NCBI GenBank assembly: GCA_963745075.1
Contig: CAVUWV010000010.1
Coordinates: 192,001-256,000 of the forward strand
DNA: 64,000 bases
Origin: Candidatus Hydrogenedentota bacterium
GTDB taxonomy: Bacteria; Hydrogenedentota; Hydrogenedentia; Hydrogenedentales; SLHB01
Reading direction: 5' to 3'
This document shows positions 33,323-42,864 of the stretch, piece after piece. Each line of letters opens with the position of its first letter. Position 1 is the stretch's first letter. The position numbers and the translations under genes were made by a program. The notes below the pieces were generated by a model. That model worked only from the letters and a program-made list of their open reading frames with translations. It had not been told where the DNA came from and did not search any database.

Positions 33323-34263
33323 GATGACGCCGGCGCCTCCTGCTCGCGCCAGTATTCCAGCAATTCCCCCAACATTTCATCGAACGCACGGTGCGGTTGC
33401 CATCCCACGCCCGTGGAGATCCGCTCACGCGATCCCCGCACTTCCGGGATGTCCACACGTCGCACACGGTCCTTTTCGACATCGACCGTAAACGAAGTTT
33501 TCGCCCGGTCCCGGAGATGGTCGAGCGCTTCGCGAACGGTCCACGCTCTGCCCGAACAGACGTTGTAAACCTGCCCTGCCTCGCCTTTCAAGGCGACCTG
33601 TTCGTAGGCCTCCACGACATCGCGTACGTGCAGAAAATCCCGGGCCGCATCCAAATTTCCGACGCGCAGTACCGGCGCTTCGAGACCGGCCTCGAATCGT
33701 GCGATCTGCCGGGCGAAGTTCGACAACACAAATTGTGGTGACTGCGACGGACCCGAGTGATTGAACGGACGTAGCCGAATGGTATCCATCGCGTAATTGC
33801 GGTAAAGGTATTCACAATACGTGTCCGCAGCCGCCTTGGATATTGCATACGGTTCATTCGGTTGCAACGGATGTTCCTCGGTGATGGGGAGTTCGCGCGG
33901 TATCCCGTACACCGCCGCACTTCCCACGTAAAGAAACCGCGCATCGGGCGCATACCGCCGCACCGCTTCGGTAAGCCGAATCGTGCCGTTCAGGTTGATG
34001 TCCATCGTGTGGGTCGGATCGGATTGGGAGAGAGGAATGAACGTCACCGCCGCAAGATGAAAGACGTGGCTGACCGGACCCGCCCACTGTACCAAGGCGT
34101 CCACCTGCGCCGCATCGGTTATGTCACAGGGGAAAACCGCATCGCTCGGGGCCATGGGAGGGAGGACGCTACCACGAACCTGCCATCCCCGTGACTTCAG
34201 ATAACTGACGAGGAAATCGCCGACGAATCCATTTGCGCCTGTGACCAGAGCCGTATTCGACAT
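33319..34263 (-). CDS. GDP-4-keto-6-deoxy-sugar reductase/dehydratase-like extended SDR (Rmd-like)
   Basis: TGANGFVG, YAISK, RPFNHSGP and GNLDAARDFLHVRD motifs. Confidence 0.8.
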   Translation of the reverse strand: MSNTALVTGANGFVGDFLVSYLKSRGWQVRGSVLPPMAPSDAVFPCDITDAAQVDALVQWAGPVSHVFHLAAVTFIPLSQSDPTHTMDINLNGTIRLTEAVRRYAPDARFLYVGSAAVYGIPRELPITEEHPLQPNEPYAISKAAADTYCEYLYRNYAMDTIRLRPFNHSGPSQSPQFVLSNFARQIARFEAGLEAPVLRVGNLDAARDFLHVRDVVEAYEQVALKGEAGQVYNVCSGRAWTVREALDHLRDRAKTSFTVDVEKDRVRRVDIPEVRGSRERISTGVGWQPHRAFDEMLGELLEYWREQEAPASS

Positions 34264-34272
34264 CACAAGATC

Positions 34273-35580
34273 TTACACGCTGGGCCGGCCGATACTGAAA
34301 TACCGGAACCCCAATTCGCCCAACACGGCGGCCGTATACAAATTGCGCCCGTCGAAGATCACCTTCTCCCGCATGAGTGACGCCATCCGTTCGTAGTCCG
34401 GCCGCCGGAATTCGTTCCATTCTGTCGTGATCGCAAGACCGTCGGCGTCTTGGAGCGCCGTATAGTTTTTCGGGACGATCGTGATTCGGTCGCCGTACAT
34501 CTTCGCCAGATTTCGATCGGCAACGGGATCGTATACGACCGTTTCCGCGCCCGCGTCGAGCAGGGCATCGATGACGCGCAGCGCTGGGCCTTCGCGCAGG
34601 TCGTCCGTCTTCGGTTTGAAACTCGCCCCCCAGACCGCGATGCGTTTGCCTTTGATGCGGTCGCCGTAGAAGTCCAGGATGGTTTGAATGAATCGTGTTT
34701 GCTGATCGCGATTGACCGATGTAACCGCATCCATGATGTGCGTTTTCAATCCTGCCTTTTCGCCCAGCTTCGAACAGGCGATGACATCCTTCGGCAGACA
34801 GGAACCGCCGTAGCCGATGCCGGGAAACAGGTAGGCTGGCCCGATACGCGAGTCGGCGGCCAACCCTTCCCGCACCTCGCTCACGTCCGCTCCGTACGCG
34901 GCACACAAGGTGGCGACTTCATTCATGAAGGAAATGCGCGTGGCCAGCATGGCGTTGACCGCATATTTCGCCATCTCGGCGCTCCGAATGGTCATCATCA
35001 GGAGCGGTTTGCCAGTGCGCAGGAAGGGCCCGTACAGCTCCTTCATGATTTCCTCGACGCGCACGTCTTCGCACCCGATGATAATCCGGTCCGGCCGCAT
35101 AAAGTCGTCGACCGCCGATCCTTGGCGCAGAAACTCGGGATTGGCCACCACGTCGAAAGGCTGCTTCGTGACCCCGTGCAGGCGATCCCGGATTGCCTCG
35201 GTGCTGCCGACGGGACACGTGCTTTTGTTCACGACGATGCGATAGCCGGTCATGGCGCGACCGATGGCGTCGACTACGTGAAACACTTCCGACGTGTCTG
35301 CGTTCCCGTCCGGCAGGCCGGGTGTACCCACGCAGATAAAGACGAGGAGCACGTCGCGCACGGCTTCATCCAGGTCCGTCGTGAACCGCAAGCGTTCTTC
35401 TTCCATATTGCGGACGACCAGCTCTTCCAGCCCCGGCTCGTAGAAAGGCAATTCGCCGTTCTGCAATTGAGCGATCTTTGCGGCGTCCACATCCAGGCAC
35501 GTCACATAGTGACCGGTCTCCGCAAGACCGGTTCCCACTACGAGACCCACATGGCCCGTTCCGGCAACCGCGATCTTCAC
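34273..35580 (-). CDS. ugd: UDP-glucose/GDP-mannose 6-dehydrogenase
   Basis: GTGHVGL, NKSTCPVG, NPEFLR, GYGGSCLPKD and FKPKTDDLR motifs. Confidence 0.9.
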   Translation of the reverse strand: MKIAVAGTGHVGLVVGTGLAETGHYVTCLDVDAAKIAQLQNGELPFYEPGLEELVVRNMEEERLRFTTDLDEAVRDVLLVFICVGTPGLPDGNADTSEVFHVVDAIGRAMTGYRIVVNKSTCPVGSTEAIRDRLHGVTKQPFDVVANPEFLRQGSAVDDFMRPDRIIIGCEDVRVEEIMKELYGPFLRTGKPLLMMTIRSAEMAKYAVNAMLATRISFMNEVATLCAAYGADVSEVREGLAADSRIGPAYLFPGIGYGGSCLPKDVIACSKLGEKAGLKTHIMDAVTSVNRDQQTRFIQTILDFYGDRIKGKRIAVWGASFKPKTDDLREGPALRVIDALLDAGAETVVYDPVADRNLAKMYGDRITIVPKNYTALQDADGLAITTEWNEFRRPDYERMASLMREKVIFDGRNLYTAAVLGELGFRYFSIGRPSV

Positions 35581-38500
35581 TCGTTGTCGCCTCCCAGGTA
35601 GCCCAGAGCGCCCAATTCTTCTTCCAATGCGGAGGAATCCTTCACGACCTGCGGTTCCACCGCGTTCTCCAACGCCGACTCGTGCATCTGATCCATCAAC
35701 CCCGACATCTCCGTCTCGAGTGCGGGGTTCCGGCCGGCCAGGTTGTCCATCTCGCCGGGGTCGGCCACCATGTCGTAGAGTTCAACGGGCGCCAACCCCC
35801 GCTTGTTGCCCTCGTTCGCGGTGATCAACTTCGAGTCCATGGTCCGCACCGCGTGCGCCACGGTGCCTTCGAAATCCAGATGGCAATAGGTGATGCGTCC
35901 GTCGGTATTCGCCGCAGACTTGTTGTCGGGGAGGAACAAGGTTTTCCCTTGCATGTTCGGGGCCGGCTGGAGACCCGCGAACTGGAGCAGCGTGGGGGCA
36001 ATGTCGACGTGCCGCGTCATGTTGACGTTCGTCTGGTCGGCCAACTGGTTCTGCGGCAACTTAATGATGAGCGGAATCTCGATCTGCTCGTCATAGAGCG
36101 TCATGCCGTGGAACCAACCACCGTGCTCGCTGAACTCTTCCCCGTGATCCGCAGTGAATACGATGACAGAGTCTTCGTACAACCCCCGATCTTTCAATCC
36201 GTGGATTAATTCACCGATGTAGCGGTCGAGGTGTTCGATTTCCCCGTTGTACACGCGTTCGAAAAGTTTCCGGTACTCCGTGGGATCCAGGTTTGTTCCC
36301 AACCGTACCCGCGCATAGCCCACACCGGGATGCTCGTAATCCATGTAGGGATCGTGGGGGTCCATATAGTGAAGGAACAGCAGGAACGGCGCGTCCTTCG
36401 GCCGGTTTTCGCTGTCTAGCCAATTCAGTCCATGTTCGGTCACGACTTCCGCGGGCTGGTAGAAGTCATGCACGTTGAGCCGGCCTTTTCGAATTCTTCC
36501 GTCGATCTTCTCGTAGACTTGTCGAAGCACTTTGTAAAGCACCATCTTTTCCGCGGACTGATTTGCGCCGAACAGGTAGTCGGGCCGTAGATACTGGTAC
36601 TCCACAAACCCCTGGCCGTAGTTATAGGTTTCGGCGATGTTGGGATTGTTCGCAAACCCCTCCGTATAATATCCGCCGTCGTGCAGTACCTCCGGGAACG
36701 TCGTGACCTCATCCGGCAAGATGGAGTCTTTCTGAATGGCTCCGTGGGCTTCCGGATACATGCCCGAGAAGATCGTCGCAAACGACGGCTTGGTCCACGA
36801 ACTCTGGGCGAACGTGTGCCGATACATGACCGAGTCCGCCCGCAGTGCGTCGATGTTCGGCGTGTTCGCGGCGGCGGCCTCGTTGTAATCCTTGAGATAG
36901 TCGGCGCGGAGCGTGTCCACGGCGATGAGGATGATGTTGGGTCCCGTGACCCCCTCTTTCGCCTGGAACGATGTTGCTTTCGCGGCGGGTGCATTCACAT
37001 TGGACATAACCACACCAACAACCACGATGCAGATGTATCCGACGATACCCATGCCGACCGCGCGACCCCGCTTCTTTCCGGCAACCGCCATGGCGAACGT
37101 TCCTACTGCGGTTCCGACAATCACGAGAAGGCCCGCGACAGCAAGAAGCACGAGGTTCTCATTGATGGACAGCGCATGTTCGCCCAAGATGTCCTGCGAA
37201 TACCGGAAGCGCCCGATGATGAGTAGTCCTGTGGCCAGCGTGCCGCCGAGGCTCACCCCAAAGACAAGTGCCCGCGACAGGAACCGGTCCACAAGCAACG
37301 ACAAAAAGGCCAGCCCACCGGCAATTCCCAAACCGACCGCGACGAAGACGATTCCGTAGACCAGGGGTCCCCACCAATACGCAACCACCTCACTCAGCCC
37401 CGCCTGGCGGCTGACGAGCCAACATCCTTCCGCCAACCCCACCAGCGCACCGCCAATCAGTCCCGCGCATACACCGCCGATGACGTAATCGACCAGCTTG
37501 TTCCGGTAGTCCGCGGTGGCCTCGGGGCTCAAGTGAACGCCTTCGATCCCCTGCGACGCCGCACGCGCTTCCGCAAGTCGCTCTTGCACCTGTTCCTTCG
37601 TGGGTTTCCGGTGGAAGGGGAACAGGATCGCGCCAATCACAAAAGGCACCAATTCGCCGACCCACCAGCCTAGGTGCGCGAACGTTGCAGTCGCGGCCGC
37701 GCTGCTCTTCCCGCTCAACAGGGTGACGAATACGATTTCACGGATGCCTTCGCCTCCGATAGAGGGTCCGAGCACGGTGCCGTAAATCATCAGTGGGCTC
37801 GCAAAGAGGATATCGGCCAAACCCGTATTCGACGCGCGGATTGCCATCATCGTGCCGAAATACATAAAGCACGTGGCCAGGTGAACGCCCAGTCCAAAGA
37901 CGACCGCCAGCATCAAGATCTTCCGGTTCCCGCTGTACGCCGTGATCGCCGCGCCGAGTTTGTCGAACTTGGTGCGGATCGACGGCGGCGTAGGAAACAC
38001 AGCAACCAGCACCTGCAAAATACGGGGATTCAACAGCGTGACAAACGCAATCGTTACGAACCCCGCCAGACCGGCAAGAGTCACGATCAACACGGGAGTC
38101 TTAATATTGAGAAGGGTGTAGCCGAGCGGAAATGTCAGGAATACCAGAAACGTCAGGGCTACGAATCCGATCAGCTTCTCTACTGCAATTACGGTGGTGC
38201 ATTTGATTACCTCGCCGGTGTATCGCGACGAGTCGATGAGCCGCCATCCATCAAGACCGATCGTGCCCGGGAGGAAGATACCGATTGTGCGCCCAATGAA
38301 CCAACTGCGCACCATGTACCAAAAAGGAATCTTCAGCCCTTGTCCGTAAAGCAAAAGCCGCCAGCGAATAATCCCACAGAGCAACCCGCAGAGTTTGATG
38401 AGCACTGCGAAGGTCAGCCAGAAGACGATGTTATGGGTTTCCGCCTCGCGAAGTTCACGAAGCATATCGGAGGGCTTGACACCGCCGAATTGATTTGGAT

Positions 38501-38591
38501 CGAGCCCGAACTTCTGGGGGTAGAAAAGAAGGACAAAGAGCCCGACTGTCACACAAATCTTTACAAGGAAAAGAATTACACGCTTAACCAT
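35577..38591 (-). CDS. Fusion of a UPF0104/LPG-synthase-TM flippase-like domain, TM region and alkaline phosphatase/sulfatase-superfamily domain
   Basis: RWRLLL, FLPGTIGLD and GEGIRE in the N-terminal TM domain; PNIILIAVDTLRAD, SSWTKPS, YMDPHDPY and TADHGEEF in the C-terminal domain. Confidence 0.8.
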   Translation of the reverse strand: MVKRVILFLVKICVTVGLFVLLFYPQKFGLDPNQFGGVKPSDMLRELREAETHNIVFWLTFAVLIKLCGLLCGIIRWRLLLYGQGLKIPFWYMVRSWFIGRTIGIFLPGTIGLDGWRLIDSSRYTGEVIKCTTVIAVEKLIGFVALTFLVFLTFPLGYTLLNIKTPVLIVTLAGLAGFVTIAFVTLLNPRILQVLVAVFPTPPSIRTKFDKLGAAITAYSGNRKILMLAVVFGLGVHLATCFMYFGTMMAIRASNTGLADILFASPLMIYGTVLGPSIGGEGIREIVFVTLLSGKSSAAATATFAHLGWWVGELVPFVIGAILFPFHRKPTKEQVQERLAEARAASQGIEGVHLSPEATADYRNKLVDYVIGGVCAGLIGGALVGLAEGCWLVSRQAGLSEVVAYWWGPLVYGIVFVAVGLGIAGGLAFLSLLVDRFLSRALVFGVSLGGTLATGLLIIGRFRYSQDILGEHALSINENLVLLAVAGLLVIVGTAVGTFAMAVAGKKRGRAVGMGIVGYICIVVVGVVMSNVNAPAAKATSFQAKEGVTGPNIILIAVDTLRADYLKDYNEAAAANTPNIDALRADSVMYRHTFAQSSWTKPSFATIFSGMYPEAHGAIQKDSILPDEVTTFPEVLHDGGYYTEGFANNPNIAETYNYGQGFVEYQYLRPDYLFGANQSAEKMVLYKVLRQVYEKIDGRIRKGRLNVHDFYQPAEVVTEHGLNWLDSENRPKDAPFLLFLHYMDPHDPYMDYEHPGVGYARVRLGTNLDPTEYRKLFERVYNGEIEHLDRYIGELIHGLKDRGLYEDSVIVFTADHGEEFSEHGGWFHGMTLYDEQIEIPLIIKLPQNQLADQTNVNMTRHVDIAPTLLQFAGLQPAPNMQGKTLFLPDNKSAANTDGRITYCHLDFEGTVAHAVRTMDSKLITANEGNKRGLAPVELYDMVADPGEMDNLAGRNPALETEMSGLMDQMHESALENAVEPQVVKDSSALEEELGALGYLGGDNE

Positions 38592-38765
38592 GTTGGGGTG
38601 TACCAAATCCTGATGGTTGTTACTGCGAAGCAGCCCGTTGTTGACACCGCTGTCCCGTGGGAACGCCGAAGTCTACCACGCCCCGGATTTGGGTGCAACC
38701 GCCCATGGCACCGAGAGTTAGTCGCCGTAGCACACGTTACGGAATTCGACAACCTTCTTCATCGG

Positions 38766-38906
38766 ACGCGATCTCGTGCGCGTACTCGACGAGCGTTCAA
38801 TTTCTTCGCCGCGGAGAAGATGACACGTTTCGATTTCCTAAGACAGCACGTTCGTCCAGCGCACGCCTGTTCGAGAACGAGTACGACTACGAGCACGAGA
38901 TCGCGT
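38766..38906. repeat. Inverted repeat with CGAGNA/TNCTCG hexamer periodicity
   Basis: ACGCGATCTCGTGC (38766-38779) pairs with GCACGAGATCGCGT (38893-38906); adjacent CGAGAA CGAGTA CGACTA CGAGCA. Confidence 0.6.
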
Positions 38907-38961
38907 ACGCGCAGCCCGAACGTGTGGCCACGCGATATAAGGAGTCTGACTTGCCCAGCCC

Positions 38962-40173
38962 CTACATCTGTCCGAGCATGCGCCGCCGGTTCAGCGGCTG
39001 TATCTCCGTGGCGATCCATTCGCGCATGGCCTGGCCCCGGTCGGTCTGCTGCGGATAGGAAATGAAATCGAGCGTTACGCTCAGTTTCTCCGCGGCCCGC
39101 CGTGCCATGATTGGCCAGACCGCCCCAATATCGCCCACCACCGCGACGCTCCCCTCCAGCCGCGCGAAACCAGACATCTCCATCCGGAACGGCACCTTGA
39201 ACAGCTTGGTCTTCGGCAAGCCCTTGTCGATGGCTTCCTGCACCGCCGCCCCGTCGCGTTCCGCCTGCCAGACCATCTCGAGCGCCGGGTCCAGATCGAT
39301 TCGGATAAGGCTTTTCCCTGCGAGCGAATAGGACTCGTGTCCCATCCACTTGCTCCACAAGCCGTGCCCCGTATACGTTTCAAAAGGACCGTCATGAATT
39401 TCCTGCGTCAGCGCTACGGCGGATTCGATGATTACGTCCGCGCCGTCTAACATTGCAGCCAGCCGCGAAGCCCGCTCGGTTAACGAGATGCTGTCTCCAA
39501 CGGCCAGCCCGACAAGGCCCCCACCCACCAGTTGGGGAATGGTCACAAGCACGGGCAGCCCTTTTGCCGCGCCCACGCCGATCATCGTCCGGAGATCGGC
39601 GCCTCTCCCGGCCGTTTCCTCGAAGGATACGCCCCGGCTTCGGGCAAGCTGCATGATCTCCAGCGACAGTTTTTCCAAGTAGAGTCCCATGGGATAGCCG
39701 AGGTTTCCCGCAGCCTTGATAATGGTGTCGCCCGGAGTTGACTGGAGCTTCTCGATCAACTCGAGATCAATCGGCATGTCGCGCGCGAGTTCCGCCAGTG
39801 TTGCGTCGTGTAGAACGGTCAGTTCGAAGGCGTTTCCTTTCGGCAGAAAGCTTGAATCCAGACCCAGTTTGCGCCCGTCGACCCGTTTGACTTTGTCCAG
39901 TACCCCGCCCATCTCGTGAGCGATAACGGCGGAACTGGTCGTCACGCCGTCTACGACGCCCACACGCATCAGTTCCGCCAACAGGGTGGTGATGCCCTCG
40001 TGAACGTTGGGGCCACTCCCCGTGACCACCACTACATGCCTGCCGCGTTCCTTCGCGGAAACGATGCGCTCGACCGCGGTGTCGATACGGTCCATCGTCG
40101 ACGGGTCGATTTCTTTTTCGAGTTCTTTGACTGCGTCCAGGTCGATCACGAATTGAGATTTCATCATGCTCAC
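38962..40173 (-). CDS. Deoxyhypusine-synthase-like (DHS-like fold) protein of unknown function
   Basis: VVVVTGSGPNVHEG...LMRVGVVDGVTTSSAVIAHE resembles the DHS N-terminal region; recognised from memory, no search run. Confidence 0.5.
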   Translation of the reverse strand: MSMMKSQFVIDLDAVKELEKEIDPSTMDRIDTAVERIVSAKERGRHVVVVTGSGPNVHEGITTLLAELMRVGVVDGVTTSSAVIAHEMGGVLDKVKRVDGRKLGLDSSFLPKGNAFELTVLHDATLAELARDMPIDLELIEKLQSTPGDTIIKAAGNLGYPMGLYLEKLSLEIMQLARSRGVSFEETAGRGADLRTMIGVGAAKGLPVLVTIPQLVGGGLVGLAVGDSISLTERASRLAAMLDGADVIIESAVALTQEIHDGPFETYTGHGLWSKWMGHESYSLAGKSLIRIDLDPALEMVWQAERDGAAVQEAIDKGLPKTKLFKVPFRMEMSGFARLEGSVAVVGDIGAVWPIMARRAAEKLSVTLDFISYPQQTDRGQAMREWIATEIQPLNRRRMLGQM

Positions 40174-40176
40174 TTC

Positions 40177-40935
40177 CTATTCCAGGCCCCGTTCTTTAAG
40201 CAGCATTTCTGCCTTCTTGATGTCTTCTGCGGTATCCACACTGAAGCCACTGAATGCGTGATCGCTGCATTTCGACTCCACCACACGCAGCCGGTAGCCG
40301 TGTTCCAGCACGCGAAGCTGCTCCAACGACTCAATCTGTTCCAACGGCGTCGGCGGTAGTTTCGCGAGTACTTCCAGGAAATCCCGGCGGTACACATACA
40401 GGCCGACATGCTCGTACACGTTATGAGGAAAATCCTCCCTCGGGTATGGGATCAGGGAGCGGGAGAAGTACAACGCATCGCCGTTGAGCGCGACCGCCGT
40501 CTTCACAACGCCCGGATCCTCTAAATCCTCTTCCTTGGCGATCGGATGCATCAGCGTCGCCATGGGGAGATCGGGATCGTCCAGCAGGGGCGCCACCGCT
40601 TCGTCGATCATGACGGGGTCAATGAAGGGCTGGTCCCCCTGAATGTTGACCACGATGTCGAATTCCAGCGTCCGAGCCGCCTCCGCCACCCGGTCGGTTC
40701 CACTGGCATGATCCGGGGCCGTCATGATGGCATTTCCGCCGAATGCTTTAACCGCATCGACGATCCGTCCATCATCAGTCGCGATGAAGACAAGATCCAG
40801 CACGGAAGCGGCGCAAACGCGTTCATAGACGCGCTGAATCATGAACTTTCCGAGGATCGGCGCCAACGCCTTACCCGGTAACCGGGTCGAGCCGTAACGT
40901 GCCGGGATGATTCCCCCAACCTTAACCTTCGACAA
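40177..40935 (-). CDS. kdsB: 3-deoxy-manno-octulosonate cytidylyltransferase
   Basis: IIPARYGSTRLPGK, HASGTDR, NIQGD and LEQIESLEQLRVLE motifs. Confidence 0.92.
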   Translation of the reverse strand: MSKVKVGGIIPARYGSTRLPGKALAPILGKFMIQRVYERVCAASVLDLVFIATDDGRIVDAVKAFGGNAIMTAPDHASGTDRVAEAARTLEFDIVVNIQGDQPFIDPVMIDEAVAPLLDDPDLPMATLMHPIAKEEDLEDPGVVKTAVALNGDALYFSRSLIPYPREDFPHNVYEHVGLYVYRRDFLEVLAKLPPTPLEQIESLEQLRVLEHGYRLRVVESKCSDHAFSGFSVDTAEDIKKAEMLLKERGLE

Positions 40936-41033
40936 TCGTCCCCCTTTCCAATAGATCCGGCCCGGAATGCGTTCTTTGTCCTCAGTATTCGCGACTTGGC
41001 GTCACAATTCAAGTGCAACGCTCGGCTCCGCGG

Positions 41034-41063
41034 TTGACACGTACGCCGATCCAACGGTAGATT
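41034..41063 (+). promoter_or_regulatory. Possible sigma70 promoter of the sulfotransferase gene
   Basis: TTGACA, 18 nt, then TAGATT. Confidence 0.45.
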
Positions 41064-41101
41064 CTGCCCAATCAATTCATCAGGTGGGAGGGAGTCGTAG
41101 T

Positions 41102-42118
41102 ATGTCCGTTCAGATGCTGTTCGTTATCAGTTCACCCCGCTCCGGGAGCACGATGCTCGAACGCATCCTCGAGTCCCATTCCATGATTAAGGGCGGACCC
41201 GAACCGCATTTGTTGACCCCACTGGCGCACTTGGGGATCTGGGCCAACGTGCAAAAGGCGCCCTACGACCACGTCCTCGCGGCCGAATCCCAAAAGCTCT
41301 TCATCCAGGAACTTCCCGAAAAGGAGCAGGAATACTGGCGGGCCTGCCGGGCCTATTGCGATACCCTGTATGGGAGATACCTCGAAGGCGGCAGCGAATC
41401 CATCTGTCTCGACAAAACCCCGGCATACGGTTTAATTCTGCCTTTCATGATGAAAGTGTTTCCGGACGCGAAGTACGTTGTGTTAACGCGTCACCCCCTC
41501 GCGACTTTTTCCTCCTTCGCAAATTCGTTCTTTGACGGCGACTACCAAGTCGCTCAAAACTACAATCCCATCCTCAATCGCTATATCCCGGCGATCGCGA
41601 ACTTCTTGCGTCAGGACGAGGTGCCGTACATCCACGTTCGGTACGAGAATCTGGTGAAGGACCCCGAGTCCTGGATGGGCCGGATTTACGAGTACATCGG
41701 CATTCCTTTTGAACGCGAGACCATCGATTACGGCGAGAAGCAGACCGACGCCACGCCTCGAAAAGGCCTCGGCGATCCCATCGGCGTGCAACAGCACACG
41801 CGTCCCAGCACCGGCTCCATCAAGAAATGGGTGGAAGACCTCGCCGCCGATCCGGCCAAACTGGAACTCATGCAGAACGTCATCGCCCAAATCGATCCCG
41901 CCGATCTCGAAACCTGCGGCTATCCCATCGACACCATTTGGAAACCCTTCGAAGAATTGGGCGACCGGCGGCCGTCGCCAAAGAAGGCCCCGCTCAACCG
42001 ATACCGCCTGCAACGCAAGTTAATCGTTCGGCTCCGGTCGATGGCACAGCGGGGTGGCCCGTTCCGAAAACTGCTGGAGAAACTACGCCTCGCCTGCGAT
42101 GTGCTGCTTCGCGAATAA
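41102..42118 (+). CDS. PAPS-dependent sulfotransferase
   Basis: 5'-PSB SPRSGSTML, DKTPAY, 3'-PB LTRHPLATFSS and RYENLV.DP motifs. Confidence 0.88.
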   Translation: MSVQMLFVISSPRSGSTMLERILESHSMIKGGPEPHLLTPLAHLGIWANVQKAPYDHVLAAESQKLFIQELPEKEQEYWRACRAYCDTLYGRYLEGGSESICLDKTPAYGLILPFMMKVFPDAKYVVLTRHPLATFSSFANSFFDGDYQVAQNYNPILNRYIPAIANFLRQDEVPYIHVRYENLVKDPESWMGRIYEYIGIPFERETIDYGEKQTDATPRKGLGDPIGVQQHTRPSTGSIKKWVEDLAADPAKLELMQNVIAQIDPADLETCGYPIDTIWKPFEELGDRRPSPKKAPLNRYRLQRKLIVRLRSMAQRGGPFRKLLEKLRLACDVLLRE

Positions 42119-42130
42119 ACCGCGACAAGA

Positions 42131-42691
42131 TCATCCCGAGTATGTGAAGTTGTACTCGGCGTCGCCAAGTCTCGGGGCCGCAGCGTCCTTTTCCGTGATG
42201 GCTGTCACGGTCATCGGCCATTCGATTCCCACATCGGGATCGTTGTACGCCAGCGACCGTTCCGCATCCGGCTGCCAGGATGCCGTGCATTTGTAAAGAA
42301 CCAGCGTGTCCGGTTCCAGCGCCAGAAAACCGTGTGCGAACCCCACCGGCACCCAGAGGGCTTCGCCCCGACCGGCGGTAAGCGTCCGGCCGACCCATTT
42401 CCCGAAAGTCGGCGAACCGGCGCGCAAATCCACGGCCACATCGAAGATCGAGCCGGACAGCGGTCGCACGAACTTGCCCATCCCGTGGGGTTCGATTTGG
42501 TAGTGCATGCCGCGCATGGTTCCTTTGCGCGACAGGCTCATATTGTCCTGCACAAACGTCTCGTGAAACCCCGCCGCGTCATAAACGGGTGTGGAAAACA
42601 CCTCCGTGAAGAACCCGCGCTTGTCGCGGAACAGCGGTGTTTGAACGAACAGGACCGCCTCGATCTCGGTCGGCGTTATGGTGATGGGCAT
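42131..42691 (-). CDS. rfbC: dTDP-4-dehydrorhamnose 3,5-epimerase family (RmlC-like)
   Basis: DKRGFF, QDNMSLS..GTMRGMHYQ, DVAVDLR.GSPTFG and GFAHGF motifs. Confidence 0.9.
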   Translation of the reverse strand: MPITITPTEIEAVLFVQTPLFRDKRGFFTEVFSTPVYDAAGFHETFVQDNMSLSRKGTMRGMHYQIEPHGMGKFVRPLSGSIFDVAVDLRAGSPTFGKWVGRTLTAGRGEALWVPVGFAHGFLALEPDTLVLYKCTASWQPDAERSLAYNDPDVGIEWPMTVTAITEKDAAAPRLGDAEYNFTYSG

Positions 42692-42864
42692 TACGTTGGT
42701 CTCTCGGTTGACGGTTATACGGGCAGCGCAGCAATCCCGCGAGTGGTCGGGTCGCATTGTAGAGTACCCTCGCCGTGCGTGCAATTCCTTTCGTCGTTGG
42801 GTTATGCGGCCCGACTTGGTAGACTGGCGTCCGGAGTCGGTCTGCAAAGGAGGAGGTATTCAAC

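Noticed and set aside
35577..42118. Sulfotransferase and 'sulfatase' as a simple sulfation/desulfation pair
   Set aside because: The sulfatase-fold domain lacks the (C/S)xPxR formylglycine motif, so hydrolytic sulfatase activity is not supported.
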